Source: Marsupella aquatica (Eukaryota; Plantae; Marchantiophyta). From it: DNA of 64,000 nt. This document shows, in pieces, positions 11,944-23,604 of this stretch. The first letter of the stretch is position 1. Each line of letters starts with the position of its first letter. The notes beneath the pieces were generated by a model. It was not told the origin of the DNA, searched no databases, and worked only from the letters and a program-made list of their open reading frames with translations. The stretch covers positions 17,614,770 through 17,678,769 of the forward strand of contig OZ316893.1 of assembly GCA_973895155.1 (NCBI GenBank), given 5' to 3'. A program made the translations under genes and the position numbers.

Positions 11944-12111
11944 TGTTATGACATGTAGATTACACTGTAAGAGACCATTACATTAGACCCTAATATAATA
12001 CCTAGAGATTGAGGTAGTTACCTATTCTAACCATCTCCCAATGTAACACATAAAGGTATTCATTCACAATAGAAGAGACATTCATGTTGGAGCACCCTTT
12101 GAAGTAAAACA
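11944..12111 (+). repeat. 3' LTR of copia element (168 bp)
   Basis: Follows the PPT; TG...CA ends; matches the 5' LTR. Confidence 0.93.
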
Positions 12112-12261
12112 TTTTCTTCATTTTGTTCTTTTTTGAATGCAACTTGGCGGCCTCTCTGAGATGAGGTGGCAGCTGATATTAGGTAGACTGATGAAAGTGA
12201 CTAATAACTGATGAGATTACCTATCTCAGCTTGACTTGAGAAGGTAGAAAAGACTTTGTAG

Positions 12262-14372
12262 CAAAACCGATGCTGGTATTCTTTTGGGCTATCAAAATTC
12301 TTCCTCGTTCCTTTGATGGATATCTATCCTCCGCCGGCAAAAATGAATGAGCGGTTACTCAACGAAGATCATGTCAACCATCTTGTTTAGTTGATGATTT
12401 CAAATGCCGGTCAAGAACCTTTGCCTGCAACTCTGGTGCCTTACAAGATGATTAATGGTGTTTACAGTCTTATTGATCTTTCAGTCAGAGATTTTGATTC
12501 AAAACAATTATCCGAGTATCAATATTTTGCAATTAGTGGTCAACACTCGACTATGGCCGCTAGGAAAATCATTTGGAGTTCTCAGATGCAGCCATCTCTG
12601 GTTGAGACTGCCAACCTCCTCAAATTCCATCGTGCAAGAATTCTCAAGGGGTTGACACCTGTTAAGGTGTTGGTTGAGATTTCACATGCAAACAACTTGC
12701 AAGCTGAAGCACATCGTTTCTTGTCACCATTCATTGACCAGGTCAGGCATGCCAGAATGCAATATTCAGAAATGAATCGACCAGTTTGGCTAGTGCCGTC
12801 AGGGCAAAATCCCAGGAATTCCAGGTCCATTCTTGTTGACACCATAATTTCTTTTGTGGTCCACACAAGCCTCGTGTAGAATCCGAGACTTGGCTCTAAG
12901 ATACCTTCTCCAAAGGTTTGGTTTAGTGTGTTGTTCTTACCATTTGTTGTTGGTTTTCAGGATTATGAAGGGTTGGCCAAAGTCACACTGAAAGTGAGTA
13001 ACATCAGCAAATACAATTGGATCCTTTTTGCGTTGGAGAGCCTCTATAAGTTGTGGATGTCTGTTTGCAATAGTTGGTTGTCCGGTAGTTTACCTTACAA
13101 CAATGGAGAGATGACTGGGAAGAAGAGGGAAGCAAAGCAGCTAACGGGGACGACATTCAAGGTATTTGAGGGGGCGCAAGAATCCAACATTACCTCTATC
13201 TTGAATAAAATTCAATCGGGAGTGGTTCTCTTGATGAAGAGAAGACATGCAAGGACACATATACCTTCAATGTCCGATCTTGCAATGAAAGCCAAGTATA
13301 CGGAAAAGCTAAAAGGTGCAATCTTGCGGTACTACCGCGAGACCTATGAAAATGTTTTCAATGTTGGGGCCATTTGGTTGGACGTGGTCCGCGAGTTTAA
13401 TTTCACCAATGAAGAATTGGATCGATTTTGCTCGATGGTGGACAATGCTTATTTCAAGAGTTTAGTCAAAGTCTCTGCAAAATCCGATATGCCAGAACCT
13501 TTGAAGAATAGGTTACAAAATATTTACCAAAAGAAATTATGGGGAACTGTCCGCGAGAGAATGGATCCATATCAAATATTTTACTCTGGGAATCTTCTTG
13601 CTTCCGTGGAGCCTCCTTTTGATTTGACGAGTTGTAGGGAGAGGACTATGGCATCACTTGCTATTGTCAATATGACACACTCAATTCAGAATACTTGGAC
13701 ACAATCGGAGCTGTTGACTTTCCTGAAGACTATCGTGAATATCCCTGCCAACGACTTGGTGACTCATGTTTTTCGTGCACCCAAATCTCTTGTTGGCCAG
13801 AATTATTGAAGCTGTCACTCATCTACCTTCAAGTTATAATGCTCATCTGGAGTATGGAAGCTATTGGAAGAGTGCGAAAGAAGTCCGGTCATCGCATTTC
13901 ATGTCGAGTATTATTGAGTCCATTGTTTTCCTTGGAGTCTCATAGGAACGAGAACCGGACTGGGAAAAACATTTCAGGGGGTTTCAAGGTCATTTCTTGG
14001 CTAAATCCATGGATTAGCTTGAACTTGCAAGACCAGCCAAAGAAGATTATGTTGGCCTTTCCAAGGAAGAGGTTGCAGCAAAGCAAAAATCTGCTCTTGG
14101 AGATCGCCTTTATAAAGTGACTCATTCCTTTTCGGACCCCCGGTGGCAGAACCTTTACATCAAACATTAAGCCCAGCTGAATTATCAAGGCAATCATTCT
14201 TCAATTTTCCGAGAAGGAAGAAATTGTGTTGGACTTCTTTACTGGTGGGCAAGTTTTAAAGAATGCCCTTCTTCTGGAAAGGGAATATTTCTCTTTTTGT
14301 TCGAAAAGGGGGGATGTGATGGACCTCACGACTTATGCGGAGAATCTCAAGTTGTTGGAGGGTGTCGCATGA
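12262..14372 (+). pseudogene. Spliced gene segment: ParB/sulfiredoxin-like domain followed by a degenerate DNA methyltransferase-fold C-terminus
   Basis: NERLLNEDHVNHLV...YFAISGQHSTMAAR (ParB-like [DS]G[QN]H motif, 12523-12564). KPS*IIKAIILQFSEKEEIVLDFFTGG...ALLLEREY (14169-14297) resembles MTase motifs X-I. Probable intron ~12825-12960. Confidence 0.6.
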
Positions 14373-15045
14373 TTTGCAAAATCCTTATGGAAACTTCCAA
14401 GAGGGGAAGGCAGCACAATGCAAAACTCTAATGTAAGTGGCGCAAAGGAAGGGAGGCACTATCATATCACTAGAATAGTCTCCCATCATACTCGTCTACA
14501 AGACAATAACAGATTTTCTGATCCTTGTGTTGGATGATTAATGTTGGGGAACAGATTCACCGTCCTTGGGAATTTGGTGAGGCCCAAAGACCGATCTACC
14601 ACTTAGGGAGTTCCAAAGGACCTCTTGTGGAGGAAGAACACAATCACGGTGGGATAACTCTATCTCTCCCACAATCTCATAGCCCTCTAGGCGAGCCTCG
14701 TGTGGGGTCTTTTGGCAAGGTGGACTCAATTGTAAATGATATTGCTCCGGTCGTGTCTGAGGATCCTTTCGATTACCTTTGGGTTGTAACTGGAGTTCAA
14801 GAAGCCGTTAACATTGTCAATCCACCCCCTCCCCACACTTGGGCAAAAAATCAGGGTCCCTGTGAGGTTGAGCCCATCATCGGACATTTTGGTATTGTTG
14901 TCGTGGAACTTGCAGTGGAGCCTGCGAATGAGGCAGGTGCCAATTCACTCTTTCCCACTTCTCTCAACCTGAACAATGATGTGGCGATAGACTTTTGCCT
15001 CAACCCTGACTTGGATCAGGGTTTTGTTGCATCATAACTCGCCTC

Positions 15046-15634
15046 GAAATGGCATGTCTAGGTCCTAAGCGATGGATAACTTCTGAAATTCTAAATGCTT
15101 ATTTTGGTCTGATTGCTTCAAGAGCTAAATCCGCGGGCAGCGAGCTCCTGCAGGTTCATCTTTTTGATACTTGGTTCTATTCTGAACTAGCTTGCTCGAG
15201 GTGGATATAAGTATGAGGACGTCCAAATGTGGACCTCAAAATTGGAGTACTTTTTAACTGATGTAGAGATGGTCATGGTCCCTATTCATGAGGGACATAA
15301 CCATTGGGCATTGGTCGTCATCGACATGGGTCTTAAGAAACTGGACTATTTGGATTCTTTGCACGGAGATAACCCTGAAGTTCTTGAGAACCTAGCAAGA
15401 TATCTAGATGATGAAGCCATGTTCAGAACTCATAAGGAACTGAATGCTTTGTCATGGCCGAGAAACTTTTGTAAAGACATTCCTCTTCAAACCGATGACC
15501 ACAATTGCGGAGTGTTTGTCATGAAATTTGCCGATTACCAAAGTAGGGAGAAGCCTATTGATTTCAAAGCCAAGGACATGGATGCTGAAAGGAGGAAAAT
15601 TGTTCTAAGCCTTTATCGTCATGATTTGAGTTAG
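15046..15634 (+). pseudogene. Ulp1/SENP family SUMO protease catalytic domain (peptidase C48)
   Basis: LGPKRWITSEILNAYFGLI...HLFDTWFY; VPIHEGHNHWALVVID...YLDSL...PLQTDDHNCGVFV, with the His/Asp/Gln/Cys catalytic residues present. One frameshift near 15200. Confidence 0.9.
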
Positions 15635-15745
15635 ATCTATGCGATTCTCATGTGGAATAGGTTATTGTCAGATTTCCATACGCTACAATGCGTCGTAATT
15701 GATGTTACGCTCTTGCATTGACTTTACGATATTGATGTTCATTTA

Positions 15746-16778
15746 TTGTTTCATCACTCTGCAGATATTGTAACATACGATATGGAAACTATTATACAAA
15801 ACACCATTCCTCGTAAACTGCTCGTACTTGAGATGAATGTCGTCTTACATATTGTGCAAATATTGGGTGTGCGAGCAAAGTCTCTTAGAGATATAAATAC
15901 TAAAAATGGGGAGACATTGTTTCTAAAGAATAGAATCATCTATGTAAGACCGGGAATGCGGCGCTTCATTGAATGGTGTCTTCAGACATTTGATGTGGGG
16001 ATATGGTCCTTTGTTGTATATCATAATAGGCATGAGATTTTGGAGAAAGTGTTTCCCAACGAGAAGCATCAATTGTCTTTGTGAGAACTGAAGCGGAAGC
16101 CTTGTTGACTGGAATATTTTATGGGACTGGAAGAAACAAAGGGAAAAATTGCTTTGTGAAATTACTGAAAAATATTTGGGATGACCTTGTTTAAATGGAG
16201 ATCGGACAAGCGCACTCTATAATGATAGCAACACCATCCTTCTTGATGATTTACCTCATAGAAGTTTCTTTAACCCTGAATACTCGACGCTGTTTTGTGA
16301 TTGCTTCAACAGCAATACTAACATTTGGTTTCCTTGCAGATACGTTTATAAGCAACAAACTTCAACCAGTGTTGCAAGAGTTAGCCTTGGCAAGAGATGT
16401 GCGTGTGTATTTGTGGCGAAACACTCCAAAATGGTCCAGTCTGAATTTGGCTGAAGACCAAAACAGTATCAACAGATATACACTCAACTCTAGGGGTTCG
16501 GGGAATCTAACTTGCTTTTTGCGTCATGGCCAGTGCGCAAATATGATGTTCTCCAACTAACGACTTCAGAACTTACTCCTTGGCACATAGAGATCATATT
16601 GTGGATGTCTCGTAAGGAAGACTTCACTGAGCATGAAACTAATCAATGCGCAAAAGGCCTAGGAGCTGCACATGGGCTATTTGCCACAAATTTTAGGGAG
16701 TTTGTGAAAGTAGTCAACAAAGTTCACAGACAAACGTCAAAATTCTGTAGAATCAACTCAAGAGTAAAGAGTAGGTAG
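15746..16778 (+). pseudogene. FCP1/NIF-like HAD-family phosphatase-like gene, decayed
   Basis: KLLVLEMNVVL, YVRPGMRRFIEWCLQTFDVGIWS, and NTILLDDLPHRS..NP (~16230), typical of NIF/FCP1-homology domains. Frameshifts present; motif I has E in place of the catalytic D. Confidence 0.75.
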
Positions 16779-17519
16779 GACATAGTAGTTCATATTACAG
16801 ATAGAATTTAATGAATATGTTTCATATAGATTAGAATTAGCCCCATTGGGAGGGAGGGGTAAAGGGCAATGCGCAACCCTAGAATCATTCCTTTTGGTTT
16901 GGCCCAGTAGCAAAGGAGAGGAGAAGAGGCGTTGTTTTGGCTTGAAGGCGGACACAATTGGACTATGGCGGAATGCGGAGGGGAGAGGAGAGGCTTTGGC
17001 GGGGGTTTTGGAAGATGGACAAAGTTTAGGAAGGAGGAGAAATGGGTGTTTGTGACGAAGCTATCCTTCATTTGTTAGTTCACAAATATTCTTGATATGA
17101 TTAGTGTAGCTGTCTAGTCAAATATGTGTTGGCCAAGGTTGAGATTCAACTTTGTAGTCACTTTAGCGGAAGACAATGTTGTAGTTAGCAAAAAACCCAA
17201 CAATGAAGTCCCATGAAGGGATATCAAATTATATGTACGGCACCACCGTTAGTGTCCCATTTATTATAAAGATATAATTTCAGTCATTCATTTGAAGGAG
17301 TCCTTTTTTCATTGCCTTTCGTAATTCATCCAATGGACTAGGTTTTGGAAATTTAAAAGTATGCTTTTGGAAACTTCAATTTTGGGTTTTGGAAATTTCA
17401 TATCACCTTTTTGGATTTTTGAAATGAATGTTTTGGAAATTTCATCCTTCAACTTTGGACAAAAGAATCTCCAGAGTTAGTGAAATGTTAGATATGAATG
17501 TTTCTTCTTTCATCTCCAC

Positions 17520-18360
17520 CCAGTTAAGGAGGCTGCTTTGCAGCCAAAGGTTAAGTCAGCTAAGGTTGGGATTCGAGCCAGGCCCGGGCTACTGGTGTTG
17601 GGCGGACAATCCTGCCCCCTTGAAGTGCTTCAAAATTTTGATTGTCGTGCATACCTGCTTCTCAGACCTGTGATTAGTGACGCACCAAGCCTAAATAGGA
17701 TCTGGGGGATGGCAAGGACGGACGAATACAAATTTTCCTGTGGAGAATAATAGCATCGGGACTATTCACAAAAGTGAGAGCAATTAAGATAGGAAAGGGA
17801 AATGGGGAATGCAAACTGTGCGCAGGGGTACAAGAATCCATCCCCCATCTTTTATGGACTGTACACATGCAAGGAAATGTTGGGTTTTAGGTGCACAATG
17901 CTTCGGAGGAAAATTGGTAAGCAACGGAGGGGGACTGATTGAGATGGTTGAGGCTGCTATTGGAAGGAACGCAGGTAAGATTGCAAGGCTGTTTGTGCTC
18001 TATCAAATCCTGTGGACATTGTGGACTGGGCGCAACAAACATATGTTCCAAGTTGGAGGTGTTTGAAAACTGGACATGCATTTTATCTTATCGGAGGTGG
18101 TGGATCATGCGGCTGCAGTGGGGCTCACTTTGCCCACTGGCAATAGGAAAACGAGGCTACTGCGGGCTAGGGGATTCTCAATAGGGTAAGGATTGTGTGG
18201 CTTAACCTTAGAGACATTTGGATTACATTAGGATAGGCTAAGAGAGTAGGATGACTGTGTTGGTGGACTGTGTTGATCTCTTAGGTTCTTTTTGCTTTGG
18301 TTTGGGCTCTGACTGTATTCCCCTTCCACGGGGCTTTGTGGGCAATGATATCAATGTAAG
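17520..18360 (+). mobile_element. 5'-truncated, decayed L1-type LINE 3' remnant
   Basis: zf-RVT-like GECKLC..VQESIPHL..C.HARKCW and ILWTLWTGRNKHMF across frameshifts. Confidence 0.55.
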
Positions 18361-18423
18361 TAGTGGGTAATTCCAAAAGCATGAAGAAACTGATTTTTTT
18401 TTAAAAATTTACGGTGTTTAGAC

Positions 18424-20246
18424 TGCAATTATTGCTAACTGTAACTGAAACAACATTCGAAGTTACTAAGTTCCTCAGTTACGAGTAAACTCAGTTTACT
18501 AGTTTACTAGTTCACTGCTTTATGAGTTTATGAGTTAGGACTTAAGAGTTTACGAGTTACGCCTTAAGAGTTGGCAACCCTGTGATTGTGACATCTTACG
18601 GCTAGTTCAACGGGACTCCACAACGGATGAAGAGCGCACCTTGAAAGGGAAGGAATGCAAGACATAGGCGCTCATTACTGACTTCTCTTCCACTTTACCT
18701 CTCAGACTCTTACAGAATTCAACCGATACTTCAGAGATGTTATTTGGAGACTTTGTCAATTTTATTCGAAGATGATGAGAACTGAGGATTTCATGGCCTA
18801 TTACCCCCAGGTTCATGCTGCTACCTGCAATCACTATGATGTGATTGGAATTTATAGGGAGGCACTCCGAATAGACTCTTGTTATTTGATGAGGAGAATG
18901 CCTGTGATGTATCCAGATAGGCAACTGAGATGTTTGCCCTATTCTTGAGGTTCACCGCGACAGGCCGAGCTCATGGAGGTTGTCCAATCAGGCACTGTTG
19001 CTTTTGTGGAACTTCTCGAAATCAACGACATTCGACACCGAGACTAAGGCAGAAGTCCTAAGTGTTTTTAGTTAGTTTAGAGTAGTGCATCTTGTCCGGT
19101 TTTTAGAAATGTGCTCTAGAGCTTTAAAAGTCAGGAAACCTTTTTAGGATGTAGTCTGTACTTAGGAAAGCCTTCTGGCAAAATTTGAGGCTTTTCTGAG
19201 CTACGAGTAGGAAGTTAAAAATAGTTGAATTTGCCAAGTTTTTACTTCTGTTGCAATTACGAGTTACGACTTAGTTAGACTTTTACGAGTTTAAGAGTTT
19301 ACTAGTTCACAGCTTTTACTAGTTTACGAGTTTACACTTAGCCAGATTTCCGGCTTTTCACTTATTGAATCGTCATTTTAACTTTTTGAGAGTTATGAAG
19401 AGGCATGTCTCTTCGACCCTACGACCTCTCACTCTGTAGATTTTTACTATAAGACCCCTCCACCACTAGTGTAGTTGATGGTAAAGTTATGCATTTTTGC
19501 CTCTTCTTTGTGTTAAACTAGTTGATCATGAATCTATGAGTTCGAGATCAGGTTTAACATTTGGAGAGACTTACCTCCTTCTTGTGTTTTTACCTATGAT
19601 TATAAACACAGGAAGTTAAATTCCTTTTGTGCAAATCTTTTGAGTTGTAATGACAGATTCCTTGTTGGTGACTCATTACAATCTCTTGATTTCTTAAAGT
19701 TAACTCATTGTGTTTAAGCCTTATTGAAATTGATGGATTTTCTTTCATGTTGCTTAGTATCATCTAAATGTTGAAGTAGTCACTCTTTTAGATCTTGTCT
19801 GAGTACCACTTAGAAAGAAAAGATAAAACGTGTTGACGGCACTTTAAAAGAGTACTCTAGTAAGCATTTTAGACCTGAAAAGCAATATGGATTTGAATCC
19901 TTAAGTCTTTTTCATTTTGACTTATGTTTAAGGAGTGACCTTGGTCTATTCCAGACTCCCTTAGCATACTTTAAGATATTTTCCCTTGTGTTTTGTTAAT
20001 CATTCCCTTTTCATTAATTTTTGGTTATACAATGCTGAGTTACCATTAAAAACTACTCACCGTTGTGGAACGATCTTCAAAATACCTTAGTAAAGTAATC
20101 AAACTTGATTACTATGTGTGGAAAACATTTTAAGTCTATTATTGTTGTTTAAATCTATCAAACCAACCCCATCTTGTTCTTTATGGGAACGAATACCGAG
20201 TTTGAAGACCATTAAGTTTGTTTTTGGTTCTTCATAGCAAACTACA
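18424..20246. mobile_element. LTR-like element (TGCAAT...ACTACA), diverged relative of 21830-23604
   Basis: Same terminal hexamers, similar length and shared blocks (TGTTGACGGCA, AGGAGT[G/C]ACCTTGGT, ATGGGAACGAATACCGAGTTT) with 21830-23604. No matching TSD found. Confidence 0.55.
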
Positions 20247-20289
20247 ATCAAAATTAAAAAAACAAAAATGTTTAAAGGAAGGTTGGGCC

Positions 20290-21829
20290 CGACTGCGGAC
20301 AAATTCCTGAAATTTTAGAGGAATTCAATGATGTGCTCTTGCAAAAGCTACCTAAAGGTTTACCCCTACAGAGGGAAGTGGATCACCAAGTTGAGTTGGA
20401 GTCAGGTTCGGCTCCTCAGGCTAAAGCTTCTTATCGTCTAAACCTGAATGAATGAATGATGTTGAAGAACGCCTTGGAAGAGTTAATCAACCAAGGGTTC
20501 ATTCGTCCAAGTAAGAGTCCTTATGGGTCGCCCGCGCTACTTGTGTCCAAAAAGGATGGTACTTTGAGATTGTGCGCAGATTATCGGACCCTCAATAAGC
20601 AAATAGTAAAGAACAAGTACCCGTTACCTCATATGGATGACCTCTTTGATAGGCTTCGGGGCCAAGAAGTTTTCAAATGTGGACTTGCGGTCTAGGTATT
20701 ACCAGATCCGCATGGCTAAGGGAGACGAGTATAAGACCGCGATGCGCACAAGGTTTGGATCCTATGAATTTTTGGTTATGCCATTCGGGTTGTGTAATGC
20801 AACCGCAATGTTCATGAAGATGATGAATACCATCTTTCATGACTTGTTGGACCAAGGAGTGGCCGTCTTTATTGATGACATCCTAATCTACTCAAAAACG
20901 TTGGAGGAACATGAGCTCAGGGAAGTGTTCTCTTGCCTTTGTAAGGCTCGTCTCTTTGCTAAACCTAGCAAGTGCAAGTTTGCAATGAACAAAATTCAGT
21001 TCCTCAGCCATACCTTTACCTCGGAGGGGATTACGCCTAGTCAGTTCAAGCTTAAGGAGATCAAATAATGGGAGCGCCCGTCCAATGTAAGGCAGATAGA
21101 GCCTTCTTAGGATTTACGGGGTTCTATCGGAGATACATGAAAGACTATGCAAGGATTGCGAGGCCCCTAAACGCACTAATAATGAAAAACAAAGTGTTTG
21201 TGTGGACACTGGATTGCGAGTTAGCATTCCTAGAACTTACGAGGCTGGTGATAACGCCGCCAGTTCTAAAGTTACCTGAAATGGGAAAGCCATTTGAGAT
21301 TTGGATAGACGCAAGTGATTACGCCATTGGCGCCTGTCTTCACCAAGATGGGCGTCCTATGGCCTTTGAGTCATGTAAGTTGGAAAGTCATTGGATCACA
21401 CCGGAAAGGGAAATGTATGTAGTGATCTACGCATTGAAGAAGTGGGAGATTTACCTTAAGAACGATCCCAAAGTGGTAATACACACAGATAGCTTGCCGG
21501 TAGGGTACTTTAGTTCTAAGCCAAGGCTGAACCCCAAAGAAATGTGCTAGCAGATGTTCTTGGCGGATTTTGATTTTGAAGCCCGCCACGTTCCTGGGAA
21601 GACAAACATGGCAGCTAATGCATTATTGTGTAGGGACCATCGTCATGTCAATGGGATCATGATGCTCAAATCCGAGTGGCCAAAGGTTCTGGCCGAGGCG
21701 TATGGGGATGATAGGTTAGCCAAGGAATGGCAAAGCAATGGGGGTAGCCAAGGCAAGGTAAGGCACATTTCTTTGGGGTTGGATACCATGCATAATGTCC
21801 AGTTATTGCGATACAAACAGAGGCGTGTG
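20290..21829 (+). pseudogene. pol: Ty3/gypsy chromovirus-type pol (RT and RNase H), decayed
   Basis: [68 protein letters not shown]. Frameshifts and stops present. Confidence 0.9.
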
Positions 21830-23604
21830 TGCAATACAGTACATTAGTTAGAAATGATTAAAAAATTATAAATTTTGAACTTTTTCTAAGTCAAAGGTGC
21901 AATATAGTTACCTTTTGTAGCAATTTAGATCAACTGAACACTTTACCTAATGTCATGCTACACCGGAGACTACTTCCTGTTCTGAATCTTGAACGACAGC
22001 GAAAGCCTTTACCTTTCATCGGCATCACACTCAAGACATGGATGTAATTCGAGAAGCTATGCAAGAGAATACCTACACAAGAGTTCAGCAACCAGATCAG
22101 ACAGCACTACTCCAACAAGATTAGTTCTCCCACGACAATAGTTAAGATCAGTCGATCTCTGCAATTTTAGTTAAATATTTAAAGTAGTCAGAAAAGTCTC
22201 ATACTTTTTCAGGAGATAGCCCTTATGTAGCAGACCCTCCCCTAAAAATATCAGCCAAAACCGACATGTCGTTTAGAAGTTATAGCATTTTTAGTTTTGC
22301 AGTAGCGTGAGTGCGCAAAGGCGCAACGGCGCTAGTGCTCCAAAGCGCAAAGGCGCAACGGCGCTTACGACACTTAGAAAATTTTCCGGAATAGTATATT
22401 TTTTATCCGACAGCACTTTTCACCGATTTTATTAAGGCACTTAGACACCTCAAAAAAGTCTAATTTTTTTCCAATGTAGCATGTATGTAAATCTTCCACC
22501 TAGGAAAGTTTCACCCCATTTTTACTTTTATGTTAGAAATTAAAATTCCGATAAAATCACTATTTATTAGTTTTACCACAAAAGTGCAAAAAACACTTTT
22601 ACTCCAGTTTACACTAGGAATAACTTTTGGTTAGTTTTTCATTCCAACAACATTCTAGTGAACCATGAGTACTCCTGTAGCATATTTTCATACTTTTTAC
22701 TTTAGTTTATGACCCTTGAGATATGAAAGGGCATGTCCTTTCATTACCTCTTTTCCCCTTTAGTTCCTGCCACCCTATATGTAGTAGAGTTTTTGCCACT
22801 TTTTGTGTGAAGAAATTTCATGAGCGCTCAGTTGCAAGATTGCAACTTTGTTACCTCCATTTGTAACAAGCACTCCATTGCATATGAGTACTTAATACAA
22901 AGGAATTCTTCCCCCTTCAAGTCTAAATGAATGAGAAGTTTGGACCCTTGAAGTAAAATGATTGTGATTGTTAAATCTTTTGAGTATGTGGAAATAGATT
23001 CCTTGTTGGTGATGTTTCACATATTCCTTAGTTCTTGATGCATAGTTTTTGACGTGACATTGCTTGTGCACGGGATGCAAAGATTGTTACTTACCAATTA
23101 CTTATGGCTTCAAATTTGATTATGATGGTGTCTCTTATTTGTGACACAAAGTACCAATTGGATACAGAAGTGATTGATTACTAGTCTCCACTCAGTACCT
23201 TGGAAGGAAAAGTTGAGACATGTTGACGGCATTCTAGTAATCATCCTAGTACCGTAATCCTTTCCAGAAATATTCTTGCGAATATACCACTTAAATCATA
23301 TCAAATGAAGTTATGTTGAGGAGTCACCTTGGTTGTTTCCTAACTCCCTCGCCATACCTCAAGGTTTTCATTGTGTTTTATTAATTGTTTCCATTTATTA
23401 ATTTTATTTTTAATGTCAAGCAGACATTTAAAACTATGCCTTGCTGAGCAACCATAGTAAAAGGCTCAACCTTTGTGTTTTTGTTACCTTATTCATTCAT
23501 AAGTGCTAAATCATAGAAAATCATTCCTTACATGTTCTTCCATGGGAACGAATACCGAGTTTTGGATCTTAAATGTTTATTTATGTCCCTAGTGTGATAC
23601 TACA
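21830..23604. mobile_element. Solo LTR (1775 bp) inserted in chromovirus pol
   Basis: TG...CA ends; 5-bp TSD GTGTG (21825-21829 and 23605-23609). Removal restores RYKQRR-VYIPK. Confidence 0.88.

Larger units (their letters stand above)
5007..12111 (+). mobile_element. Full-length but decayed Ty1/copia LTR retrotransposon, Bianca-like
   Basis: TG..CA LTRs at 5007-5202 and 11944-12111; PBS-like CGTTATCAGCACG at 5203; PPT AAAGGGGAG at 11935-11943. Domain order gag-PR-INT-RT-RH with Bianca-type motifs (ERIHADVCGPIDPPSGPFRFF, IKGDRIKHIAPKFFFTHE). Flanked by TTTTCTTC direct repeats. Confidence 0.93.

Noticed and set aside
17340-17455. TTTTGGAAA repeats as subterminal repeats of the cassette element
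   Set aside because: No TIR, CACTA end or TSD could be identified nearby.
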